64,000 nt of DNA from the NCBI GenBank assembly GCA_963729625.1, contig CAVSOU010000011.1:544001-608000 (forward strand). Reading direction: 5' to 3'. This stretch comes from an uncultured bacterium (GTDB taxonomy: Bacteria > Chloroflexota > UBA5177 > JANWHV01). Shown piece by piece: positions 30,693-38,610 of the stretch. The position numbers were made by a program, and so were the translations under genes. The notes below the pieces were generated by a model. That model did no database searches. It saw only the letters and a program-made list of their open reading frames with translations, and was not told the origin of the DNA. Positions within the stretch are counted from its first letter, which is position 1, and the number at the start of each line of letters is the position of its first letter.

Positions 30693-31589
30693 ATGCAGGA
30701 TATGCGCTGCGTGATCGCCAATCCGGTGGCGGGCAGTGGCCGGGTTGCGCGGCTCCTGCCGCGAGTGCTGGCGCGACTGCGCGACCGCGGTTGCGATCCG
30801 AATATCCAGCTGACTGAAGGCGCGGGCGACGCGCGCCGCCATGCTGAGCGAATCCCCCCCGGCGCTCTCGTCGGCGTGTTCGGCGGCGATGGAACGCTCA
30901 ACGAGGTGGTCAACGGCCTGCGCGGAAAGAATTGCTGTGTGCTATTGCTTCCGGGAGGCAGTGGGAACGATTTGGCTCGCGGGCTCGGGATGCCGAGGGA
31001 TCCTCTCGCGCTGCTCGCGGTTCAGGATTGGCAAGAGCGTAGCATCGACCTGGGCGAGATCTTGGGCCGTCTGTTTGCCAACAACGCGGGTGTGGGCCTC
31101 GACGGTGAAGTCTGCCGGCTGATCGAGAACTGCGACCGGGCCTTCCAGGGACATCTCGGCTATGTACGGGCCACGGTTTCCTGCTCGCTCAACCTTCGCG
31201 CCACGCCGGTGCGCGTGGAATGCGCCGGAACTATCCATCAATTTGACATGCTGATGCTGACCTTCGCGAACGGCGAGTTCTACGGACGCGGCATGCGTAT
31301 CGCTCCACATGCCAGACTCGACGATGGAGAGCTTGATGCCTGCGCGATTCTTCGCCTTGGTCGCATTTCGCTGCTGAGCGCGTTTCCGCGCGTCTATGCC
31401 GGGGGTCACGTGCGTCACCGCGCCTTCCGGCTCTGGCGAGCTCGTTCACTGGCCCTGTCCGGCGTGCGACCGCTCAGCGTACACACCGACGGCGAAGTCG
31501 TGGGAAGGCTCAGTACGGACCCGCTCGCGCCAACGCGCGTGCGGATCGCAGCCGATCGGCAGCGATTCCTTGTTCCCCGGAGCCCGTAG
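30693..31589 (+). CDS. Diacylglycerol/lipid kinase family (YegS/BmrU/Rv2252)
   Basis: NPVAG, GGDGTLNEVVNG, PGGSGND.AR, NGEFYG.G, DGE; GGAGG RBS. Confidence 0.93.
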   Translation: MQDMRCVIANPVAGSGRVARLLPRVLARLRDRGCDPNIQLTEGAGDARRHAERIPPGALVGVFGGDGTLNEVVNGLRGKNCCVLLLPGGSGNDLARGLGMPRDPLALLAVQDWQERSIDLGEILGRLFANNAGVGLDGEVCRLIENCDRAFQGHLGYVRATVSCSLNLRATPVRVECAGTIHQFDMLMLTFANGEFYGRGMRIAPHARLDDGELDACAILRLGRISLLSAFPRVYAGGHVRHRAFRLWRARSLALSGVRPLSVHTDGEVVGRLSTDPLAPTRVRIAADRQRFLVPRSP

Positions 31590-31699
31590 ACAACGAACGG
31601 CCTCGATCGCCGCGACCGCGGTCGCCGCTGGTCCCTCCCATCCAGCCGCAACTGGAGTTCACTTTCAAGCGAGCGAGAGAGTCATGGTAACCGCTCGCG

Positions 31700-31894
31700 T
31701 CATCCTTCGGCTTCGCCGGCAGGCTTGCTGGGGTTGCCCTCCTGGGCGTCGCGCGCGCGCTCCGCGGCCGCGCGCTCGGCTGCTTCCTTCTGACGCCGGC
31801 GGCGTATGCGTAGCAGCGCCACGGCCCCCAGACCTATTGCCAACGCCTCGTTGACCCCGATGGGAGATCTCTTGCCGGTCTCTTCACCGCTCAT
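31700..31894 (-). CDS. Small single-TM hypothetical protein
   Basis: GAGGAG RBS; hydrophobic ALAIGLGAVALL followed by an Arg cluster. Confidence 0.55.
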   Translation of the reverse strand: MSGEETGKRSPIGVNEALAIGLGAVALLRIRRRRQKEAAERAAAERARDAQEGNPSKPAGEAEG

Positions 31895-31959
31895 GGTGCT
31901 GCTCCTCGCGATTCGTTGCGCGTTCCGCGCCATGACGTAATGGTACCGCGCTACGGTCT

Positions 31960-33105
31960 TCAGATCTCCCAATCCGCCTTGGTCTGTGCGACCTCACGTA
32001 CGGGCACCGGCCGGCGGCCTGGGCCTCGCTGCGCTATCAATGCGCTCAAGAGATCGAGATCGAACCGCAGCCTCAGCATCACCGCGTTCCGACATGTCAG
32101 GCTATACGCACTCATGCGGTCGAACGCGCCGCACGCGACCAGCAGCACGATGCCGAGCTTCGAGAGCGGGTCGAGCGCGCGCAGTGTTAGCACCGCCGCC
32201 GCGCACGATGGCATCGGCACGCCGGTGGAGCGAGACAACAGCACGATCAGCGCGCCGTCGCGAACTCCAACGCCCGAAGGTATGAAGAAAGCCAGGGATC
32301 CAAGTGCCGCTGCCACGGCCGAAGCGCCTACCACATCCATGAGATTGATGGCGCTGGCCGGTTCAAGTCCAGCGAGCATGGCATACAGAACCATCGTCCC
32401 GACCAGCCATGCGGCCGCGGACCACGGTACCAAGCGAAGCATGCCCATCAGCCGAAGCCGCGAACCGCCCGCGGAGGCCGCGAGCTGCAGATTCCAGACC
32501 GCCTTGCCGCGGACGCGGTGTGTGAGCCTCCAGGCGGTGCGGTCGGCCGAGGCCAGCAACCACAGGCTTACTAGCATGCAGACGCCAAGCCCGGCGAAGG
32601 CCCAGGCCACGGCCGCCAGATCATGGCTGCCGACCAGGGGAAGTGCGTCGCGCATATCCGGTCGAGAGACAAGCATCAGCCCTATGGGCGCCCACACGAG
32701 CACGCCGCATAGCCCTAACGCGTTGGCCATCAAGACAACTATCGCCGCGCGCCCGGGCTGCAGACCCTGGCGGCGCAAGTATACGACGCCGCCTACCGTG
32801 GAACCAGCAGCGTTACCAACATAGCTTGCCAGGCCGGTTCCGGCGAACGCGCTCAAGCCCGTGCTGAGTGGCAGCGCGTGGCCCACCTGCCCCAGAAGCC
32901 TGCACCACATGATGCCGCTCAAGATGGCTGACAGCATGGTCAACGAGAGCACTGCGATAACCGCTCCCGGACGAAGGCGGCGGAACGTCTCGGCCGTCGG
33001 GAGCGCGTACGATTGCAGGATCCCGCTCCGAAGCATTGCCACGGCTGCCACGAGGGCCAGGGATGCCAATACCATGCGGTACAATGCGCGCCGGGACATG
33101 GTCAA
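31960..33105 (-). CDS. Lysylphosphatidylglycerol synthase TM-domain / flippase-like protein (paralog of 16509-17927)
   Basis: Shares PGRAA..L.ANALG.CG.LVW.P.GL, LGSLAF..P.GVGV and RALDPL.KL with the other copy. Confidence 0.8.
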   Translation of the reverse strand: MTMSRRALYRMVLASLALVAAVAMLRSGILQSYALPTAETFRRLRPGAVIAVLSLTMLSAILSGIMWCRLLGQVGHALPLSTGLSAFAGTGLASYVGNAAGSTVGGVVYLRRQGLQPGRAAIVVLMANALGLCGVLVWAPIGLMLVSRPDMRDALPLVGSHDLAAVAWAFAGLGVCMLVSLWLLASADRTAWRLTHRVRGKAVWNLQLAASAGGSRLRLMGMLRLVPWSAAAWLVGTMVLYAMLAGLEPASAINLMDVVGASAVAAALGSLAFFIPSGVGVRDGALIVLLSRSTGVPMPSCAAAVLTLRALDPLSKLGIVLLVACGAFDRMSAYSLTCRNAVMLRLRFDLDLLSALIAQRGPGRRPVPVREVAQTKADWEI

Positions 33106-33606
33106 ATCTCCGAATCAATGCGCGTCGGCGGCCGGAGCACAACGCTTGGTCAACGTGCGGCTGTGAGGAGCTCTACAGCCCAACCGTAACACAGCAGGTG
33201 TTAATCGCCGGTGAACGTCGCCTGACTCTACGGTGAATACACGCGGCTGCGCGCGGCGTGGCCTCGTCCGGCACGCGCTCCTTGATTTGCGGGGGGTGTT
33301 GTCCACTGGATCCCCATCCAGCATCCTCCCCCGGCAAAGTACAATGGTGCCTGCTTGAGCTCTCGTCCTGAGACGTCCAGGGCTCGCGGCTCATCGTGGC
33401 GCCCCGGCCTGCCGCGGGCGCGCTCAGGCACAGCTCAATGGCAGATCGCTGGAGGCAGGGATGGCGCTCGACGTTGGAGCGATATGCGGTATGGCAGCTC
33501 TTGCGGAACCGCATGCCCGGGAAAACAGGAGGCTGCACCGGTCCGCTCACATGTGCTGCCCGATATCCCGGGCTGGAACCGGGTCTCGAGGGTTGGAGGA
33601 GGGATC

Positions 33607-36501
33607 GTGGCCGTCGCCCCACCGACCTATTCGCCGGGCTGCGTGATCTGCGGCTCAGAAGCGCGCTGCGATCAGCCGTTCCTTGAGGGCGTGGTCACGA
33701 GGACCGAACGCCGCGTGCACACCGGGAGCAAAGGCAGCGTGAACGGGGTGCGCATCACGCTTGAGACCGCGTACGGCACCTGCCGGATCGACCTGGGCGA
33801 GCGATTTGAGTACCTGCACGACGGTCTTGCCGCCGCGCCTGAGGGCTTGTGCCTTCGTGCGTACCATCTCCGCCGCGCACGATCTTCCGCCGCGCAGAAA
33901 GGGACACGCCAGACAGACGTAGCAACCTTCCTGAGCGGCACGTCGAGCCTCGTCGTGCTCGAGCCGGATTCGCTGCTGGACGTGACTGCTCTCGCGGGAA
34001 TCGACTACTGCCTGCGCCAGTGGCTCGCCAATCGTCTTGCCGCTCGCCCTGCCACGCTGCCACAGCTCCGAGGAACGGCGGTACACGGCGTTTTTCAGGC
34101 CCTATGCCGCGAGGGATCCGTGCCGGAGGACATGGTCGAATCGCTCATCACCGGGGCATCGTACGGGCTCGCACTCGCGGGTGTCTCGGCGCAGGCGCTG
34201 ATCGACGATGTGCGGCCGCACCTGGTTCGGCTTGCGCGATGGCACGCCACCTTTGGCGCGGACCTCTTTGGCGGGCAATACGGTGTCCCGGTTTTTGAGA
34301 GCACGCTGCTCTGTCCCGAGCTCGGACTCCGCGGCCGAACCGACCTGGTCTTTCGGCGAGCGGATGGTGGTGGCCGTCCCCTCGTCACGCGCATCGTCGA
34401 GCTGAAGACAAGCGCCTATAAGGAGCAGTGGCCGGACCCGGAATTCCAGGTCCGCGGCTACTACGCGATTCTCGCCAGCCAACAACGTCTGGCGCCTGAG
34501 TTTCGTGCACAGGTCATTTATACCGGGGGCGCGGCCGCGGCCTACCGCGAGGTTCAATGTGGACCAGGCGATCTCGACCACATTGTCACCAGGCGAAATC
34601 AGGCCGTACTGGCGTCGCTCTCGGGCTTCGCCCCGCCGTCAGACTCCATCAGTCGTTGTCGGCGCAGCGCGAATCGCGACGTGTGCGTGCGCCTCAGCGC
34701 GCTGCTAAACCTCGATCATTGCCGAGGTCGCGACCTGCAGGACGCCGCGAACGGTGGAGTCGATTCTCGAGATTCCGACTTCTATTCCACGCAATATCGC
34801 CTGCTGCGACTGGAGTCGCAGGCAACGAGCGGCACGCTGGCGGCGCTCTGGCGGATGTCGACGGCCGATAGAGAAGCTAACGGCACGGCTATCGTCGTGG
34901 CCGAAGAACTGGGTCGCGAGGGTTGTGCCGGCGGCGAGTGGAGTTATCGGTTGCGCTGCCACAACGGCTCCGAGCTACGGCTGGGTGAAACGGTTCTACT
35001 GAGCGACGGCGACCCTATTCGGGGCGAGGTAGCCATCGGCACGTTGAAGGCAGCGGGGACAGACTGCATTGACGTACTGACCAGAGAGCCTGTCACAGTC
35101 CCGAGGTTAGTCGATCGCTATGATTCCGGAGAGGCGCTGGATCGCACGGTGAGGGCGCTGCATGCGTGGATTGACGCCCCGAAGCGGACCCGTGCTCTGC
35201 TCTACGCTCAGCAGATTCCCGAGTTTTCGGCGCCGGACCGTCGTCAGCGCACCTCGAGCCACACCCCCAAGCTCAACAGGTCACAGGCAGCCGCGCTCGA
35301 CCTCGCGCTGAGGATGCGCGACTATCTCCTGGTGCAGGGACCTCCCGGCACCGGCAAGACGTACCTCGTTGCCTGCATGGTCAAGGCGTTGGCAGCGCGT
35401 GGCGAACGAATCATCATAGCAGCCTGGACGAACCAGGCTGTAGACACCATGCTCCGTGCATTGCTCGAGCAGGGGTTTGAGCAGTTTGCCAGGGTGGGCT
35501 CGGCGCGCGCGATGGACCCTGCGTTACAGCCATACGCGATAGCGGCCGCGTCGCTTGCACCCCCCGAATCGCTCGGCCCAGAAGCAATCGCCGAGCGCTT
35601 GAAGACGATACCAGTGCTCGCCGGCACGGTGAGCGGGTTAGCGGATTCCCGCATGAGCAGTGGCTCTATTCGACGCGACATGGCCATTATCGACGAGGCG
35701 GCACAGCTCAGCGTTGCAGCTGTTGCCGGAGTGCTTCGACACGTTTCGCGCTTCATATTGGTCGGCGACGACCAGCAGTTGCCGCCGGTGGTGCAAAGCG
35801 AGGAGGCGGCGCGCGAAGGACTCTCACTCTCTCCGTTCGCGTTGCTACGGCCCGAAGCGCAGGCACACGGCGCATTTGCACGCCTGCATGAGCAGTTCCG
35901 CATGCACTCCGCGGTCGCGGCCTGGCCCAATGAAGCCTTTTATGATGGGGCGCTCAGCGCACACAGTGCCGTGGCAGCACGGCGCCTTCCGCCGGCGACA
36001 GGTCCCGATCTCGACCCGATAGTGGCCCGGGACGTGCCACTCGTCGTAGTCGATTCGGGTCCGCTGGCCGCGACCGAGATAGAAGCTGCTGCGCGCGCGG
36101 CCGTGCTCCTGGTGCGCAGCGGCGTGCCGGCGGATCAGGTAGGTGTGGTGGCGCCATTCCGGGCCACGGTGGCCGCGGTCAGGCGGTTGCTCGAGAGCGC
36201 GCCTGATGCTGCAGGATGTACGGTGGATACCGTCGACCGTTTCCAGGGTGGCCAGCGCGAGGCGATGGTCGTCTGCCTCGGCCTTTCAGGTATCGAACGA
36301 CGGACTCACGCCTTCGTTGATGATCCTCGCCGACTGAATGTTGCGTTCACCCGCGCCCGTGCAAAGCTGGTGGTGATCGGTGACCTGACGAGAGCCCGCA
36401 CGCTGCCCACGATGGCCGGTTTTCTCCACCATTGTCTTGACCATGGAATGCCCGTTGTTGGCGCCGAACAGGCTATTGCAGCTTTGCCGCGTCTGTGCTA
36501 G
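33607..36501 (+). CDS. Dna2-like nuclease-helicase (PD-(D/E)xK/Cas4-like nuclease plus SF1 Upf1-like helicase)
   Basis: RGTAVH, GLRGRTD, VELKT, Q...Y nuclease motifs; QGPPGTGKT, IIDEAAQ, VGDDQQLPP, QFRM, TVDRFQG.Q, RLNVAFTRAR helicase motifs; GGAGG RBS before GTG 33607. Confidence 0.92.
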   Translation: MAVAPPTYSPGCVICGSEARCDQPFLEGVVTRTERRVHTGSKGSVNGVRITLETAYGTCRIDLGERFEYLHDGLAAAPEGLCLRAYHLRRARSSAAQKGTRQTDVATFLSGTSSLVVLEPDSLLDVTALAGIDYCLRQWLANRLAARPATLPQLRGTAVHGVFQALCREGSVPEDMVESLITGASYGLALAGVSAQALIDDVRPHLVRLARWHATFGADLFGGQYGVPVFESTLLCPELGLRGRTDLVFRRADGGGRPLVTRIVELKTSAYKEQWPDPEFQVRGYYAILASQQRLAPEFRAQVIYTGGAAAAYREVQCGPGDLDHIVTRRNQAVLASLSGFAPPSDSISRCRRSANRDVCVRLSALLNLDHCRGRDLQDAANGGVDSRDSDFYSTQYRLLRLESQATSGTLAALWRMSTADREANGTAIVVAEELGREGCAGGEWSYRLRCHNGSELRLGETVLLSDGDPIRGEVAIGTLKAAGTDCIDVLTREPVTVPRLVDRYDSGEALDRTVRALHAWIDAPKRTRALLYAQQIPEFSAPDRRQRTSSHTPKLNRSQAAALDLALRMRDYLLVQGPPGTGKTYLVACMVKALAARGERIIIAAWTNQAVDTMLRALLEQGFEQFARVGSARAMDPALQPYAIAAASLAPPESLGPEAIAERLKTIPVLAGTVSGLADSRMSSGSIRRDMAIIDEAAQLSVAAVAGVLRHVSRFILVGDDQQLPPVVQSEEAAREGLSLSPFALLRPEAQAHGAFARLHEQFRMHSAVAAWPNEAFYDGALSAHSAVAARRLPPATGPDLDPIVARDVPLVVVDSGPLAATEIEAAARAAVLLVRSGVPADQVGVVAPFRATVAAVRRLLESAPDAAGCTVDTVDRFQGGQREAMVVCLGLSGIERRTHAFVDDPRRLNVAFTRARAKLVVIGDLTRARTLPTMAGFLHHCLDHGMPVVGAEQAIAALPRLC

Positions 36502-36544
36502 GTAGTCATCTTCCGTTCATCTGGGCGGGACTATACTTCCATTG

Positions 36545-36687
36545 CTGGTATCGAGCGTGCGCTGAATGCCGGCGGTAGTCTTGCTCGAAGGTATCGCGGC
36601 GACAGCTTATTTATAGATACATGCTTATCACCGCCGTCGGTACCGAACCTTTGTGGGAGGCCCGGGGTCTATGCCCCGGGCCTTTTC
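36545..36687 (+). ncRNA. Candidate small RNA with its own -10 box and terminator
   Basis: TATACT at 36532-36537; stems GGTATCGA/TCGGTACC and CGGCGGT/ACCGCCG enclosing an AU-rich loop; terminator at 36658-36687. Confidence 0.45.
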
Positions 36688-36690
36688 GTT
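36658..36690 (+). terminator. Rho-independent terminator
   Basis: AGGCCCGGGG-TCTATG-CCCCGGGCCT followed by TTTCGTT. Confidence 0.8.
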
Positions 36691-36693
36691 GCC

Positions 36694-36878
36694 GTCACGG
36701 TTTGCGAACAGTTCTAGACGGCCCCCGGATAAACGGGGTACCCGCCAGCCGGTCGAGAAGCAACGACAGGCCGGAGACATCCGATTGGGCTCGCAATCGC
36801 CACACCTGAATTCATCCGGCGGAACTCTTGCCATCCGCGACCCGCTTCGGCGGGTGCCCCGAGCGGAGGCTCCATGAC
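36694..36878. other. Nested inverted-repeat element (structured RNA or REP/MITE-like)
   Basis: Three nested arms (36694-700/36872-878; 36721-727/36864-870; 36734-746/36849-861), inner hairpins, and a C(UUCG)G hairpin at 36840-36855. Confidence 0.4.
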
Positions 36879-36996
36879 CATTTGCAGACCCTGCCGTGGC
36901 GCCGGTTCGATCTTGTCAGAACAACCGGCACATGCTACAGTATCCGTTGCCCCCGGCAATGGAGGGGTTGTTTTCTGGCTGTGAGGTTGTTGCGAG

Positions 36997-37218
36997 TTGA
37001 AGACCTCCCTTCGCGTTATCCAGGCGATTCTGGCTATCTTTCTCATGATCTTGATCCTTATGCAATCGAGGGGCACTGGGCTAGGCAGCGTGTTTGGCGG
37101 AGACGCCAGCGTCTTTCAGACGCGACGTGGAATCGAGTTGACACTGTTCAAGTTCACCATTGGCGTTGCCGCGGTGTTCTTGCTCGTGTCTGTTGTCGTG
37201 ACCTCGAGGGCTGTCTGA
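36997..37218 (+). CDS. secG: Preprotein translocase subunit SecG
   Basis: Two TMs, LILMQSRGTGLGSVFGG, TRRGIE..L...T; followed by tRNA-Leu as is common. Confidence 0.92.
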   Translation: MKTSLRVIQAILAIFLMILILMQSRGTGLGSVFGGDASVFQTRRGIELTLFKFTIGVAAVFLLVSVVVTSRAV

Positions 37219-37240
37219 TCACTGGACGACCTGGAACGCA

Positions 37241-37378
37241 TGGTGTTGAGCCCGGACGGACCTGGATGGGTGGGGAGGAGTACACATCGACGGTTACCGC
37301 TTGTTGAGGCGCTGTGCCGGCGTCGGCCAATAAGCCCCGAGAGCGGGTGCGGCCCTGGTGGGCTAGCAGGCAGCACTA
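37241..37378 (+). ncRNA. Candidate rod-shaped structured RNA (6S-like?) between secG and tRNA-Leu
   Basis: End-to-end pairing TGGTGTTG/CAGCACTA, AGCCC/GGGCT, GGGG/CCCC, TCGACG/CGTCGG, CGCTT/AGGCG with purine-rich internal bubbles. Confidence 0.3.
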
Positions 37379-37381
37379 CTT

Positions 37382-37465
37382 GCCGAAGTGGTGAAATTGG
37401 CAGACACGCGGTGTTCAGGACGCCGTGAGCTTATGCTCGTGTGGGTTCGAGTCCCTCCTTCGGCA
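37382..37465 (+). tRNA. tRNA-Leu (anticodon CAG)
   Basis: Acceptor GCCGAAG/CTTCGGC, D-loop TGGTGAAATTGGCAGAC, anticodon arm CGGTG-TTCAGGA-CGCCG, long variable arm, GGTTCGAGTCC; CCA not encoded. Confidence 0.97.
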
Positions 37466-37471
37466 CTACCC

Positions 37472-37510
37472 CGCAAGACCTCTGACCGGTATGTCCGGCA
37501 GGGGTCTTGC
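37472..37510 (+). terminator. Hairpin downstream of the tRNA (terminator or processing stem)
   Basis: GCAAGACCTCTG...CAGGGGTCTTGC inverted repeat; weak U-tract. Confidence 0.5.
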
Positions 37511-37552
37511 GCATTGTAAGCTCTTCCCGCCCGGGAACCAAGAGGGGATCGC

Positions 37553-38431
37553 ATGAAGAGCGTGATCAGTGCGTCGAGGCGTACCGACATACCAGCGTTC
37601 TACATGCGCTGGCTCGTGAAGCGGGTCGCGGCGGGATTCGTCGAGGTCGCTAACCCGCTCTTCCGGGAAAAGGTGACTCGCGTTTCTCTCCTGCCGGACA
37701 GTGTGGCATGGATTGTCTTCTGGTCCAAGAACTACGCGGTCTTCCGGAATTGGGCCGGCCGCTTTGACGACTACAACCTGTTCTTTCATTTCACGATCAA
37801 CACTCCGGATGCGTTTCTTGAGCCGGGCGTGCCGACAACTGAACAGGCCCTGCGCCAGGTCGAGTTCCTGGCGGGTCGCTACGGCGGGTGCCGTGTGACC
37901 TGGCGCTACGACCCGCTCGTCTGCTGGCGCGATGATGGCGTGATGCACACCAACTATAGTCCAGACTGGTTCGCGGGAATGTGCCGCCAGATCGCTCAGC
38001 TTGGCGTTGTGCGTTGCACGACGAGCTTTGTTACCCCATACGACAAAATCATGCAGCGGATGAGCAGACTGTGCCCGCGGATCTCCCTGGTCGATCCCCC
38101 GCCGGAGCAGAAGCGCGCCTGGGCGGTCACCCTCAGAGGCATTGCCGAGGCACACGGCATACGTCTCACGACCTGTTCGGACGCCACGCTCGACGGTACG
38201 CTGCCGAAGGGCTCGTGCGTGGATGGGAGCTTGCTCAACGCGCTTGGCACACCGCGTGTAAGTTGCGCGAGGGCGCCTGGACGGGGCGCTTGCGGCTGCA
38301 CACGCTCGATCGACATCGGTGACTACGAGGGACAGGAATGTGGCTACGCCTGTCTCTACTGCTATGCCAACCCAAACCACCGGCGGTTTGCCGTGGAACG
38401 AGCACCGCTCGCCGCTTCGCGCAAACCCTGA
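37553..38431 (+). CDS. DUF1848 domain protein (SPL/radical SAM-related)
   Basis: VISASRRTDIPAFY..W, IVFWSKN, WRYDP, C-terminal CGC..SIDIG.Y...C...C.YCYAN. Confidence 0.92.
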   Translation: MKSVISASRRTDIPAFYMRWLVKRVAAGFVEVANPLFREKVTRVSLLPDSVAWIVFWSKNYAVFRNWAGRFDDYNLFFHFTINTPDAFLEPGVPTTEQALRQVEFLAGRYGGCRVTWRYDPLVCWRDDGVMHTNYSPDWFAGMCRQIAQLGVVRCTTSFVTPYDKIMQRMSRLCPRISLVDPPPEQKRAWAVTLRGIAEAHGIRLTTCSDATLDGTLPKGSCVDGSLLNALGTPRVSCARAPGRGACGCTRSIDIGDYEGQECGYACLYCYANPNHRRFAVERAPLAASRKP

Positions 38432-38486
38432 CGATCCGCTAGTGGGTCAGTTGTGTTGCCTATGGCTATTGCCGGCGCGCTTGAGA

Positions 38487-38562
38487 CTCCGGCCTTCAGG
38501 CCGCGGGTACCCACAAGAGTGGGTGTGCTCACCTGCTCGCCTAGCCGTGGCCTTCAGGCCGC
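38487..38562. repeat. Intergenic palindrome cluster (two GGCCTTCAGGCC copies plus the REP-like 22-mer)
   Basis: GGCCTTCAGGCCGC at 38491 and 38549; CGGGTACCCACAAGAGTGGGTG at 38504-38525. Confidence 0.5.
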
Positions 38563-38610
38563 CTCGTCGCGCGGGCATCCCGAACGGCAACGACCTGGTC
38601 AACCGACCCA

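Noticed and set aside
33607-34700. Cas4 / CRISPR adaptation gene
   Set aside because: The Cas4-like fold is the nuclease half of a Dna2-like helicase fusion; there is no cas1/cas2 or array.
36566-36616. 16-aa ORF MPAVVLLEGIAATAYL as tmRNA tag or leader peptide
   Set aside because: No SD, no tRNA-like domain, and the ending does not match an ssrA-type tag.
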